From Lophium mytilinum (taxonomy: Eukaryota): a stretch of 64,000 bases of DNA. Below are positions 40,917 through 52,081 of this stretch, one piece after another. Positions within the stretch are counted from its first letter, which is position 1; every line of letters starts with the position of its first letter. The DNA lies in assembly GCA_010093605.1 (NCBI GenBank), contig MU004191.1, positions 1,596,816 through 1,660,815 on the forward strand, in the 5' to 3' direction. Below the pieces are notes generated by a model. It saw only the letters and a list, made by a program, of their open reading frames with translations. It made no database searches and was not told the DNA's origin. The translations under genes were made by a program, and so were the position numbers.

Positions 40917-41417
40917 ATGGCTGGACTTCTAGGCGGCGGTGGTGGGGGTAAGGAGGGTGGGAATGGGGGATTACTCGGCGGGTACGTTTCACGATGATTC
41001 CCACTTCCTATATTCTATTCAATCTCTTGCGGCCATAATACTAACTCAATTCGTGGCATCCAGCGTCCTCAACACAGTCGATGACACAACCAAAGGCCTC
41101 CCCGTCGTCGGCGGAGTGACGAGCCCGGTCCTGAAAACCGTTGGTGGAGTTACCGATGGACTACCAGTTGTACGCCCCCCCAATCCGCTCCTATCCCATC
41201 CCATTCTTAACTATCTGGACCGCATACATCGATGCTAATACACGTCCAGGTCGGATCCGGCGGCCAACAACAGGCACAACCGCAGCAGCAGCAACAGCAG
41301 AAGGCAGCGCTGAGTCCGGAGGAGCAGAAGGCGCGGGACAAGAAAAAGAAGGCGTTAGCGCTGAAGAAGAAGCAGTTGGCGCTTGAGGCGGAGGAGGCGG
41401 CGTTGGAGAGTGATTAG
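40917..41417 (+). CDS. Small (~112 aa) Gly-rich protein with GLPVVG repeats, poly-Q and Lys/Glu-rich tail
   Basis: Exons 40917-40981, 41064-41169 and 41250-41417 have canonical splice and branch signals and join in frame. A TATA-like element lies near 40756. Confidence 0.85.
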
Positions 41418-42488
41418 AGCGTTTGCATAGAGTAGATGAATGAAATGAATGAAAGTTAAAATCGCAAAGCTGTGTGGGTTGTTTTGGGTGAAGCTTGGAA
41501 GTGATGGGGATGGGGATGGGGATGGTGATGGTGACGGTGTAGAGAGCGAAGTCTATAACAGACTCTGTTAAGAGACCTGAGATACAAATTAATGGTTGTG
41601 GTAGAATAAACGCCCTGTGAGGGCAAGATCAAGCCACTGCCCGCCTTCGAAAGGGAAGAAGACTCTCCTACTTAGGAAGTGGTCTATGCACCCCAAATTC
41701 TGCCCAAGACGGAAGAACGAAAGCGTAAACGTTCAAATCGAGATATTCAGCACCAGTTCAGTACGGCAATGTTCGAGTTTTGATGTTTCATGGTTCGTAG
41801 GAGCGTGACGCCGTTGGCAGTATATTTATATAAAGTAAGGCGTGTTGAAATGCTTTACCAAGGTGTTTCTCTGCGAAGGTTGAAACTAGGACCATGTAGA
41901 TCCGGGTCTAGCCTGTAACCCTATAATCAATTTGACACCCAAATATCTACCTCTCTTTATTAATTGTAGTCTCGGGAGCTTACCTCCTTGATTGGGCCGG
42001 AGAAGGATAGTAGCATTTTCCGCAATCTTTAACTCGCGGACTACGTAGCCTCGAGTCCGCTTCTTGAAAATGGAAATTTGTTGATCGCCAGGGATCTTGA
42101 AGCGCAAGATAGAGTACTGTGGTCCGTGATGCTGTGAAAAAACCGCTTTGACAGGGATAACTGATCTTTCGGTTGAGCTTGACATCGTAGCTCTCCATTA
42201 CTTCTTGGATCGCCTTGCTGATGTGATTGATTCTAGCATCGATGCCAGCTTTCTGGTGAGCAAATTATCGTGAGGCGGATTGAAAGCCACGGTGAAAGCG
42301 GCGTCTGAGTGGGGCGTAGCACACGCAACGACACCTGTCCTTGTGCCTCCAACTTTCAGATATTTTCCCATGCACACCGCACTCCAACCAACTTCCACCT
42401 TTTCAGCTCTTCTACACAGCAGTTTCCCCCGCCTCCCCGCACATCCATCCTCACAAGTTCCGCCAATATCAGAGATCTCACCTCCAAA

Positions 42489-43980
42489 ATGGCTTCCCCA
42501 TTTGCCACACTGCCGCAAGAGATGATAGATAGTATTATTCCGTACCTTACTCGCACTGATCTCTCCAGCTTATCGAGAACGTGCAAAACTGTCCGAGTTG
42601 CCACCGTGGAGGCGCTTTTCAAAAACATAACGATGACATGGAAAGGCAACGGCGAATCATCCCCCAGAGACAACGAATATCGAGCTGTCGCAGCCCCCCC
42701 CCCCCGGCTGGACCTCCTACTTCGGACTATTATTCAAATACCAATACTCGCAGGCTACGTTTCCATTGTCGAGTTTCGAGCCGAAGGCTTTCAAAACCAG
42801 GGCAGGTGTCTGTTCCTACCAAGCTTACCCTCGCCCTCGAAACCCCACAGCGAATTGTTCGTAGCAGCTCTACGGGAGACAGAAATGCCAAAGAGCGGAG
42901 AGATGGAGACTGCTCTCAAAGATAATGACCTGCGGTCTATTGTTGCGTTGTTCCTTATGAAATGCCCACGTCTCGCAACTCTGACTCTAGATTTAGATCT
43001 GCTCAGACGCAATCGGCATATCTCGGGAGCCTTAGCACATGCTCTATTAGCTCCACAAACGGCGAAGATGGCCAAGCTTCAATATCTCACATCATTAAAT
43101 GTCGGAGCCGATTCCGAGACCAACTTCAGCTCGGTGGCCTGCCGGATGCGTGGTCTTCGATACTCTTTGAACATACAATCATACCTTCCCTTTCTCCTGT
43201 CGTCTACAGTTGAGGAAGCGGAGATGAACCTCCCGAATGCATGGGAGAAGGAGGAAGAGCTGGATAAGTGGCCACTGATAACGCTGGGAAATGCATCTTC
43301 GCTGAAAACACTACGATTACCCAACGCAACAGCTTCACCGCTGATAGTAGGAAAAGTCCTGGCCGGGACGCCGAATCTTGTCAAACTGGAATATCATTTT
43401 TGGTTCACTCCCGATGAGGTGTTGAATGGCCCTACACTCAGCTTAAGCCTCAAATTGATCAAAAATACCCTCACTTATCTCAAGATCAAATTTCAATGCT
43501 ACTCAAGTCAAGTTTCCCTTGCTATTGACGACACCAGAAAATCCTCGTATGTCCTACATTGCTCCTTAAAGCAGCTCTCCGCGTTGAGGACGGTTGAGAT
43601 TTCCCCTTGCGTTTTGCTTGGTTGGGAACCTGGCCGCGCGCCTGAAATCTCCGACGTCTTACCTCCAAACTTGGTCACTATTTGTTTTCGGGACGATTGT
43701 TGTTTATGAAATATTCGAGTGGCACGAAAAGAAACTGATGCGCGCTTTCGCTGTGTTCATCGAGAACGAGGAATGGAGAAAGGCAACCCCAAACCTGGAG
43801 TCTTTCAACCTATCACTGTTCGAGCTTGATCACTGCCAGAACGAAGGGGAGGAGGAGTGGCTACCGGACGTAGGAGTGAAGGAGCTGAAGGTTCTATGCC
43901 ACCGGAACAGACTACGTTGTCGGGATATTCGGCCGGAGTTTGGCACCATCGTTAGTTTCTACGGGACCTCGATACAGTGA
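42489..43980 (+). pseudogene. F-box-like/LRR-like gene split by a frameshift near 43700
   Basis: The FATLPQEMIDSIIPYL...LSSLSRTCK F-box-like frame stops at TGA 43707-43709. The +1 frame continues with protein-like YEIFEWHEKK...WRKATPNLESFNL to 43980. No intron signals at the junction. Confidence 0.7.
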
Positions 43981-45126
43981 AAGTGGTATGAAGTTCCAGG
44001 ACTAAACGGAGTAGATCTTGCAGTCTTCAATACGGCTTTTACGATAATAGGGTCATGATACTTGTTTGGTTACTGTGTGGGCTGGTCTCACTCGTTTTAT
44101 TCAAAATCTGAGACAAACCTACCAATATTCCAAGTAAGCGGTAGATGGCAACGTCCAGGCTAACTGTGTGAGTTCGCGATTTTTAGAGGCAGTTGCTGTA
44201 CCCTTTGTCGTAAATGACGACAAACGAGTATTACCGTAAGTATCAGCAGATTCATATTCTCGCCCTGTACAATATGTTATCTCGTGCCCTTCATTGCGCT
44301 CTAGATTTCATTGGTTCTCCCAGATACACCATCTATCTTTGAACTATCCGAACACCCCTCGTCGCCTGGAAATAGGCCACGGGAATCGGGAGGAGGATCG
44401 CGACCGGGCCTTACAGTCCGACACGGATACAAGTTGACCGTTTTCTAACAGTTTTGTTTTGCCTCTCTATTGGGAGCATTTCTCCATTCAACAGTACTCT
44501 TGACAGTTACGTAACGATGCGACCGTCCCAAAGGCTATCTCTTCCACTCTGGTGAACCTGCAAGTATATGAGTAAGGCCAAGATTCCCCCCCTGGTTTGA
44601 GCGGGTTTGCATGAATTGTATCTGGTATACATGCACAGCATCGGGCCAACTATCCATGCATAGACTAGTGACGCAGTGTTTACGCTTGCGGTGCAGTCAA
44701 GCTCGAAACTTGTACTTGAGGACTCATAGGGTCATCTTATAGTCGATCGTATACCAAGAATCTGCGTCTTTGTAGATGAAGAGAGGTATATCGTATTACC
44801 CAATGCTAGTGCGGTCATAATTTTGGAGTTTTTTCGACTTGGCCGTGGACTGCGGCAGCTTTGCGATAGTCTTTCAGAACCTCATCATCCATGCTCTTAC
44901 GACGTATATGTGACGACGTTTCAGCCGTGTTACGCTGAAGATATTTATTGTGAGTAAAACATTCGACGATCCCGCCCTCTGGATATCGCTGATGCTGAAA
45001 AAGGTCGGCAAGTGCAACCCTCGGAAGAGTCGTCTGCTATCCTCCTTCCTTCCTTTTCTACATTACTTATTCTTTTTTTCTCCTTGTCACTCTTTCCCTT
45101 TTTCTCTTGCCTTCCCTTTCCTTACA

Positions 45127-45230
45127 ATGCACCAGGAAGGAGTCCACTTGCTGCGGCTGGCCTGGGAGGATTGACGGCAGCAATTGCAACGAAGGACTAT
45201 CTAAAGGTGCTAGTGCTGAAAATGCAAAGC
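45127..45230 (+). pseudogene. Possible relic of the N-terminal FAD-binding motif of a flavin oxidoreductase
   Basis: AAAGLGGLTAAIATKDYLKVLVL resembles GAGxGGLxxAxxL..G.xVxVxE. It is out of frame with the nearby ATG and has no continuation. Confidence 0.35.
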
Positions 45231-45742
45231 CGATACTCTTTCTCTCATGCCATTTAGACCTCAACGATCTTTGCCTGGTGTCTCGGGCCCCATGTTCAAC
45301 TTCGATCCGCTGTCATAAGATTCCTTAGGTCATCGCTGCATCCAAGGTCGGCTTCCAAAGACACGGCACGGAAGTGGGTCGCTAAGTTTGTCACTCGCTG
45401 TGCCATTGAAGGCGATCGACGTCTTGATGGTGAATTGACTGGTGGTGAATTGGCTTATCACAAGGTCAGCCTGGTCGACCCGGTTATAAAATAAATCGCC
45501 TCGATCACGAACAGCCCCAGCTATTCCAATAGAGCTCGCATTCTCCTACCACCACCACCACCACCAACCCGCAGTTCTACACTCAATTTTGCCACCACAC
45601 TATCACACCTCACTTTTCAAGGCTTCCTTGCTCGATCTAGAGTCTACAAAGATCCTCAAGTCAACCGTACTCCCCGATCTTTACGAGTCGGCCAATGATT
45701 GGGGCAGACGAAGCACCATTAAAGCATCCCGGTTATCCCAAC

Positions 45743-47413
45743 ATGGCCACGAGCTCATCCATTTCACCTACCGGCTTGGTAGGGCTTCCCTTAGAGCTGC
45801 GGACTATGATTGCCAGACAACTCGAGCAGGTCAACTCAGCAGCTGATAACCCCAATATCACAACTGGCTACGAGCTTTGCAAATGGTCAAGGCTTACCCA
45901 GAGCTCCCGAAACGATATCCTCAGCTATCGAGCTGCCGCGCGTGACCTTCGCGATGCCTCCTGGATCTCGTTCGGTAGACTTGTGGGCGAACTCTGCTTC
46001 CGGCTCATCGAACCAGACTTACAAGATCTAGAGGAGATATCCAATCTCAAGGAACTCGCACCGTGGATTCAAGCGATTACGTTCGGTACCGCAGGGTTCG
46101 CTGATAATAAGTTCGTCTGGCGGCCTAACAACGATGAGGAGCCTCCGTATGATGAGCTCAACAATTATGACGACAGCTTCGACGATCTGCCTGGCCTAAC
46201 AGACGACTATCCCGAGTTATTGAAATACATGCACCGAACACGTAATGAGCCTGCACTTCTTCGCCTGGAAAAATACCGGGACTGCTACAAGAAGCAAGAG
46301 ACGTTCTCTGAATCTGGGCTTGCTGTCAAACAGCTTGAGAAGATACTTCACGTCTTCCCAAACTTACAAAATCTCCGAGTTACTCCAAAAGATTATATTG
46401 GAATAAAGCATTATCACGATTCGTCACACCCCGAAGGGTTTATGTGCCATAGATGTACCCTGGTGTCTACCTCTGAAAAGCCACACACCGAAGGGTATAT
46501 ATGCCATAGATGTACCCTGCCTACCTCAGGGATGCATCTACGAGGTTGGTTGACTGCAGACGAACGATTACTGTTTGCGGAAGACTGGGAGAAGTACGTG
46601 GCTGTGGAGGGTCATAACCATCTCTTTGAATATAAGCCCGAAATCGAAAAGCGAAAACAGCAGTTCACTGTCTACAACTCAAATCGTAGCAAGGAAGTCC
46701 TCCCAATTATATTCACTGCGTGGGCTAGATCTGACAAGAGCCTAGCCGATTTCCGGGTGGCAGAATTCCACGGCGCCTCACCACCTACAGCGCTATTGCT
46801 ATCTCAACATCTCTCCGAAAAGTTGACGAATCTCCATACCCTACGGCTCAATATGTTCACGGGACCACAATTCGATGCAGACACTGGCGCTCTATCAGCA
46901 ATTCTGAAGACGACCCCTTCATTGAGAGACCTCCAGGTTGACTTGGTAATGAACGAGCTAGAAGAGGACTTATCTGTCTTCGAAATTCAATCCTACGAGC
47001 TGTCCACTGGCAAGGTCCTTATGAACACAATCAACACCGGAATGACTCTATCACGCCTACATGTCTCCGGCTCATGGTTCGAGGCACGAGAACTGGCCTC
47101 CTTGCTACAATTTCACTCGCAGAGTCTTCAGTTCGTCGTTCTGGAGATTGTCACTATCTGTGGCGGAACCTGGGAATCCCTTCTACGCTGCATCACCACC
47201 AGCACTTATCCTAAACTGCAATACTTAGGTCTAAGCAACGTCTTCGAGCAGCAGGAAGATCTCCCCAGGGGTGAACCCCTAGATGTCACCGACATTGACG
47301 AGGCGATATTCAAAGGGGCTACATTCTGCTTTGAAGCCAATGCCACACTCTACAAAACTGACGAAGAGTTCGTACGGTTTGGCCGAGATGTTGACGATGT
47401 GTCTGGTTTGTAG
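45743..47413 (+). CDS. F-box-like protein, local paralog family member B
   Basis: LVGLPLELRTMIARQL...WSRLTQSSRNDILSYR...IQAITFGT...YPKLQYLGL. Intact and intronless. Confidence 0.85.
   Translation: MATSSSISPTGLVGLPLELRTMIARQLEQVNSAADNPNITTGYELCKWSRLTQSSRNDILSYRAAARDLRDASWISFGRLVGELCFRLIEPDLQDLEEISNLKELAPWIQAITFGTAGFADNKFVWRPNNDEEPPYDELNNYDDSFDDLPGLTDDYPELLKYMHRTRNEPALLRLEKYRDCYKKQETFSESGLAVKQLEKILHVFPNLQNLRVTPKDYIGIKHYHDSSHPEGFMCHRCTLVSTSEKPHTEGYICHRCTLPTSGMHLRGWLTADERLLFAEDWEKYVAVEGHNHLFEYKPEIEKRKQQFTVYNSNRSKEVLPIIFTAWARSDKSLADFRVAEFHGASPPTALLLSQHLSEKLTNLHTLRLNMFTGPQFDADTGALSAILKTTPSLRDLQVDLVMNELEEDLSVFEIQSYELSTGKVLMNTINTGMTLSRLHVSGSWFEARELASLLQFHSQSLQFVVLEIVTICGGTWESLLRCITTSTYPKLQYLGLSNVFEQQEDLPRGEPLDVTDIDEAIFKGATFCFEANATLYKTDEEFVRFGRDVDDVSGL
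46425..46530 (+). repeat. 57-bp-period internal duplication encoding H.EG..CHRCTL twice
   Basis: GAAGGGTTTATGTGCCATAGATGTACCCTG at 46433 and GAAGGGTATATATGCCATAGATGTACCCTG at 46490. Confidence 0.92.
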
Positions 47414-47989
47414 CCTGGCCGTCGACTAAAGAAGCGGTAATGGCGGTAGATGCGAACACTGAGGGCTCCTGATGCGGACAACGAGCTACTGACCAACACC
47501 ATTATTGGACGTTTTCTATCACCTCTTGCTCCTTCTCATCACCTTTCGGTACATGTTTGTGTGTTAATTTCTGCATTTTCATCAAAGTCGCGCTCCAATA
47601 GCCACGTCATCTGACTGAATAAAGCGTTCACTTTACCAGAGACTAATCCACAGCAGCGCACGATAGGTAGTAAATCATAGCTTTACTACAAGAACTTGCG
47701 TATCAACATCAAGGTGAAATGTTTATGTACGCTTGCTTACGACTTCATAGAGTGCCTCATTACTGCCTCGAACCTATGCTATGGTGCGAATATAACAACA
47801 TTACTGTGCTACGAACTTACGTGGTTTTCCTTAAAAGCCATTAAACAACTAAACTCTAGACCTTATTTATAAGACCAGCCGTCATAGTCCACACTTACCG
47901 TAAGATAATACTATGTACGCTTTCATATCGTATGTCGTACCTCAATAACGCATCGAAAAATCTGGGAAGAAAGTAGATATCCTCATGAA

Positions 47990-49075
47990 CTAATTAGGAG
48001 ATTTACACCAACTAAGCCCTACTCCGATCACACGCTGCACTTTTGCAATACGCTGGTGCTTCCCCCCTCCTTCACCTCCATCCCGCCCTTCCTTCTCCCC
48101 CCAAGTCCCCTTCTCTACACCAGCATACCTCAACAACCCCGTCTCCCCGCTCTCAAACTCCCACGTCTGCGCACACCTCACCACCTCCTCCAACTCCCCC
48201 TTCTTCAGCTCTACTGCCTCAAGCACCAGCTCAAACTCCTTCAGTGCCGGAAAAACCCGCCTGATCGCGCCCCTGGATTAGCTCTGCGATTGCTTCTCGC
48301 TGACGCACGGCTCCAGCGCGAGGGCGTCGTGCTCCGTAACATCCCAGTCTGTGAGCTCGATGCAGATTCGAAGCAGCTTGATATGCGCCACTATCGAGCT
48401 CCAGGTATCGGGTGGGAACTTCTCGTTTTGGATTTGTTCGTGGTGGCCCGCAAATTCAGCGTACTGAAGCTCGTGTTGCGTGAGATTGTAGTCTAGAGCT
48501 TGCAGGTTGCGGAGTTGGTAGGGGAATGCGTGGGTGGCGGTTCAGTGGGGTAAGGAGTAGAGGCGCTGGTCGGGGAATGGATGCAGGAGTGTTTGGAGAT
48601 ACAGTGAGAAGTTGAGCCAGTGGTAGAAGGTCACTGCGTTCGGGGAGAGGGGGAGGCGTGCGTTTCGAGGTAGATAGTGCGGCAGGTAAGGAGGAGTGGG
48701 AGGGCGATGTCGTGGTTTTTGCGGCTGGGTGAGGGGGCCCAGGAAGAAAGCTATGGGATAACGTGAGGGGGGAGGCGTCGCAAGGTGGTGGCGTGGTTTG
48801 CTGGCAGACGGTATGTACGAGGAGACTGAGGGATCGCAGGTCCGTTCGATGGATAAGTAAGGAGAGGGATATGTGGCGGAAATCGAGGGAGGATGATTCT
48901 GCTGAGTGTCTAGGAGAGCAGAAGCAAAGATCTGATCCCGGAGCTCTAGAGGAAGGCGGCTGAAAAGGGGACACTCCGGTTGCGGATTTGTGTCCGTCGT
49001 GGTGCTTGAAAGGCCGCCCAGAACGGGATTGAATTCCTGTATGGCATTGGTTAATTTCTTGTCCAGAGAGTCCAT
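47990..49075 (-). pseudogene. F-box-like pseudogene with several frameshifts and an in-frame TAA
   Basis: QPECPLFSRLPLELRDQIF lies in one frame and LLLTCRTIYLETH in another, with LPLSPNAVTFYHW back in the first. An in-frame TAA at 48278-48280 precedes ...FPALKEFELVLE...AQTWEF. Confidence 0.75.
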
Positions 49076-49731
49076 GAATTACTAGTACTAACGCAGAATA
49101 TAATCTTATTGCGCTACGCTCAGCCGGTTTATCAGGGAGGAAAGTGGTCAGGTTTCTACTCATGTAGTGGCACATCGATTGTGAAGGTCAGCCGTGGGAC
49201 AGCGACGTCGTCAGAATATGGATCAAGGTATTTTGAGGCGGCGCAGTACAACGGCGAGGCACCTGCAAATTCATGCCTGGTTTCCACGGCATGAAACATT
49301 ACATCGCGCCAGCCCACGGAGACACCGAAAAGACTGACTCCGAGTGTGCACAGACTTTGGCAAGACATCATATAGTTCTAGGATACTATTCTTAACACGC
49401 CAACATAGTCCTAGTTAAGAGCGTCAATCTTGCTCACTCAATACTACCATACCATCGCAATAGCCCTGTGCCAAGTACCTCATCAGACAAAACGATGTTC
49501 CCACGTGCCTATACTTTTGCATCGCGCCTTCTAACTCTTTGAAGGGCTAGAGCGTACTCCCGGCAGCGTAAAAGGAGTGCTCACAGGCTTGATAGCAAGG
49601 CCATACGCTGCTCTTCACGCCCCAGAGTCGCACAAAGTGCCTAAGATCCGTCTCTCGAATGGATCTGCAATACCTATGAGAGGTCTCCCATCTACTTCAA
49701 CCTCGTAAGTACACTCGACGCATAGCGCCGT

Positions 49732-51330
49732 TTATCTAAGAGCCTTCTCGGGAAATGTAGCTGGATAAATGCATATATGAGGCACGGCTTGGGAAGCGAG
49801 AGCCGGGTATCCTTCAAGGCATGTGCATTCCTGGCTCGCCATCCCGATACCAATGTACTTTAGTCGTGGAAAGCTTGCAGCCGCAATGCGAGATAGCGCA
49901 ACATCCCATGGCTCCTCAATCAGCGTCATGTGATTGAAAAGCACAGAACACAGGCTGCTTGCGTGCGCATTTAGGATCGCATGAAGCTGTGTGCTTTTGA
50001 TTAACAAGTCAAGGTCGAGATGAAGGCGTTCGACGGCGGACGGGGTGCTGATGAGTGCTTTGCAGAGGAGCGTCCAGTCGATGCGGATGCCTAATGGAAT
50101 AGCAATCTCGAAGTACCTTAATGTGGAGAGACAACGCACGAGGCCACAGACTGCACGGAAGTTTTGCATGCTAGAAGTGTGGTCAAATCCGATGCGAAGA
50201 GTTTGGAGATGGAGGAGGTCGTGTCCCTGAAAGTGCCATAGAATGCCATCATATCCAGCCTGCCTGAGATCTTGTATGCGTGTGCCTGAGCTTTTGATTG
50301 CTTCCGCTATGCGCGCCACGACGATTGACCCCTCGTAGGGCTGATTGTGGCTGTAAATCCAACTGTAATTTTGAGGATTTAGTTTTGTGGATTGAGAACT
50401 ATAGGTACTTGGAATGATGTGATCCCCCTCTGGACTGTAGTGTTGTTCATGCCACAGGGAATCAAATATCGTATTCCAAACTCTATCGAAGAACTCCCGC
50501 TCTTTGCGGCCTAGCCAGCCGCGTAGATGGCTCTTGTTTGCACCGATCCAGTCATCCGCGTTGAATCTAATGCAATGAAGGCGTGGCATCGCCTTCAGTG
50601 CCAAAGCAAACTCATCGGCGTAGCCTGGCGAACGTAACAGGTTGTTTTGGTCGTCGCATGCCTTGTGGTATTTGGAGATGATCGTCTCGAACTCAGACCG
50701 CTCATCTTCGTTCTGGAGGTGCGCACTCAGGGCCTGGATATTCTTCCCACGGATGGTCGAGGTGTTCTTTTTCCGCTGATACAGTCTAGAGTCTTCAAAC
50801 CCGCCTGTCCCAAATGTCAAGGCCTTGATCCACGGCGTGAGTTTCGGGAGTTCGGAGATCTTGCCCAGATCTGCTATATCAGCTGGCACTAGTCGGAATT
50901 GGAGGTCGCTAATCAGCTTCCCGAAGGACTTCCAGCTAGCTTCGCAGAAACTAGGCGATACTTGTCGAATATTGAGGATGTTCTGCCGCGAGGTAACACT
51001 GAGCTTCTTCCATCGGGGTCGTCGGTAGTATTCATCGATGTCGATCACGAAATCGGGTTCGTCACAAAGCGTAGATCCGCTGAGGAGGGGATCTAGTTCC
51101 TCGAGATTCTCGATGATACACATCTTCAGCTCCAAGGGCAGCCCATCCAATGTCGCAGGGCAAGAACCCATTTCGGCGGATGGAGGTACTGTGAAGTTTG
51201 CGGACCGGACCGGAGTAGCAGGTGTTCGGAGGCTGAGAGTACCCAAGTGGGTATCTGCAGGTGGTGTCGCTGATGGTGTCAAGACTGCGGGTGCCTTTTC
51301 TTCTGGTTGTTTGGTGCTTGAGTGCTTCAT
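49732..51330 (-). CDS. F-box-like protein, local paralog family member C (possibly truncated by premature TAA; frame open on to 49615)
   Basis: LDGLPLELKMCIIENL...WKKLSVTSRQNILNIRQV...IKALTFGT...FPRLKYIGI. The start ATG is at 51330 or 51171. Confidence 0.8.
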   Translation of the reverse strand: MKHSSTKQPEEKAPAVLTPSATPPADTHLGTLSLRTPATPVRSANFTVPPSAEMGSCPATLDGLPLELKMCIIENLEELDPLLSGSTLCDEPDFVIDIDEYYRRPRWKKLSVTSRQNILNIRQVSPSFCEASWKSFGKLISDLQFRLVPADIADLGKISELPKLTPWIKALTFGTGGFEDSRLYQRKKNTSTIRGKNIQALSAHLQNEDERSEFETIISKYHKACDDQNNLLRSPGYADEFALALKAMPRLHCIRFNADDWIGANKSHLRGWLGRKEREFFDRVWNTIFDSLWHEQHYSPEGDHIIPSTYSSQSTKLNPQNYSWIYSHNQPYEGSIVVARIAEAIKSSGTRIQDLRQAGYDGILWHFQGHDLLHLQTLRIGFDHTSSMQNFRAVCGLVRCLSTLRYFEIAIPLGIRIDWTLLCKALISTPSAVERLHLDLDLLIKSTQLHAILNAHASSLCSVLFNHMTLIEEPWDVALSRIAAASFPRLKYIGIGMASQECTCLEGYPALASQAVPHICIYPATFPEKALR

Positions 51331-51486
51331 GCTCGAGTACTTGGTAGTTTGGCTGCTGGGTGCTCGAAAGTGCTTAAGAGCTCGAGCCCTTGTGCATGTT
51401 TTGGTTTTTGAATGCTTGAGAGTGCTTGACAGCTTGATTGCTTGAGCGTTGGGCGAATTTGCTTGAGCGTGCTTGAGTACTCGAGT
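51314..51486. repeat. Degenerate TGCTTGAG (CTCAAGCA) 8-mer-rich tract
   Basis: More than ten imperfect TGCTTGAG/TGCTCGAG/GCTTGA units are visible within about 170 bp. Confidence 0.7.
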
Positions 51487-52081
51487 GGCGGACACGATCG
51501 TCTTTAGAGTAGTGCGCTCTGACGCGATGATTCAAGCTTTTGGTCGCGCACAAATCTTTCCGCGGTCGTCCATATTTTCTGATCTCGGTCGATGAAACCA
51601 TTCCATGGTTCACTAGGAACATCGTCCTGGCTGCTCCACCAATGTTCAGAGAATTTGCCATTACTAACTCTACCATGGACCAAACCAGAGCATGAGTGTA
51701 CTCACGTGATTCTCGTGTCCCCAAGGACTACCTATGATGTTCCGTCTTATCGATACACTGCCAGGGCATGTCCGCATACAGGTTTGTTGCCGTTCGCGAT
51801 GGCCCTCCGACGCCATAAAGAAGTATGAACATGGTCTGATCTTACCGGCAATCGGGTTTGAGCGACCCTTGATAATTTTACTACAGCGACAGGCCATGGC
51901 CCAGTACTCACTGTCATTCCTTCATCATCCGACTTCTCCACTTGTCGCCCGTTCACATTCTTTCTTTCTTCTCCTCTCTATGCCTCGTGACTTGGTACTT
52001 TTGCTCATCATAGCTCTAGAGACACTCCTGTCTCCACAGCCTCAGCAAACCACCCCTCAAGGATAACTCACACAAGTCACG

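Noticed and set aside
41430..41540. ATGA and GATGGG/GATGGT simple repeats
   Set aside because: Ordinary 3' UTR microsatellites.
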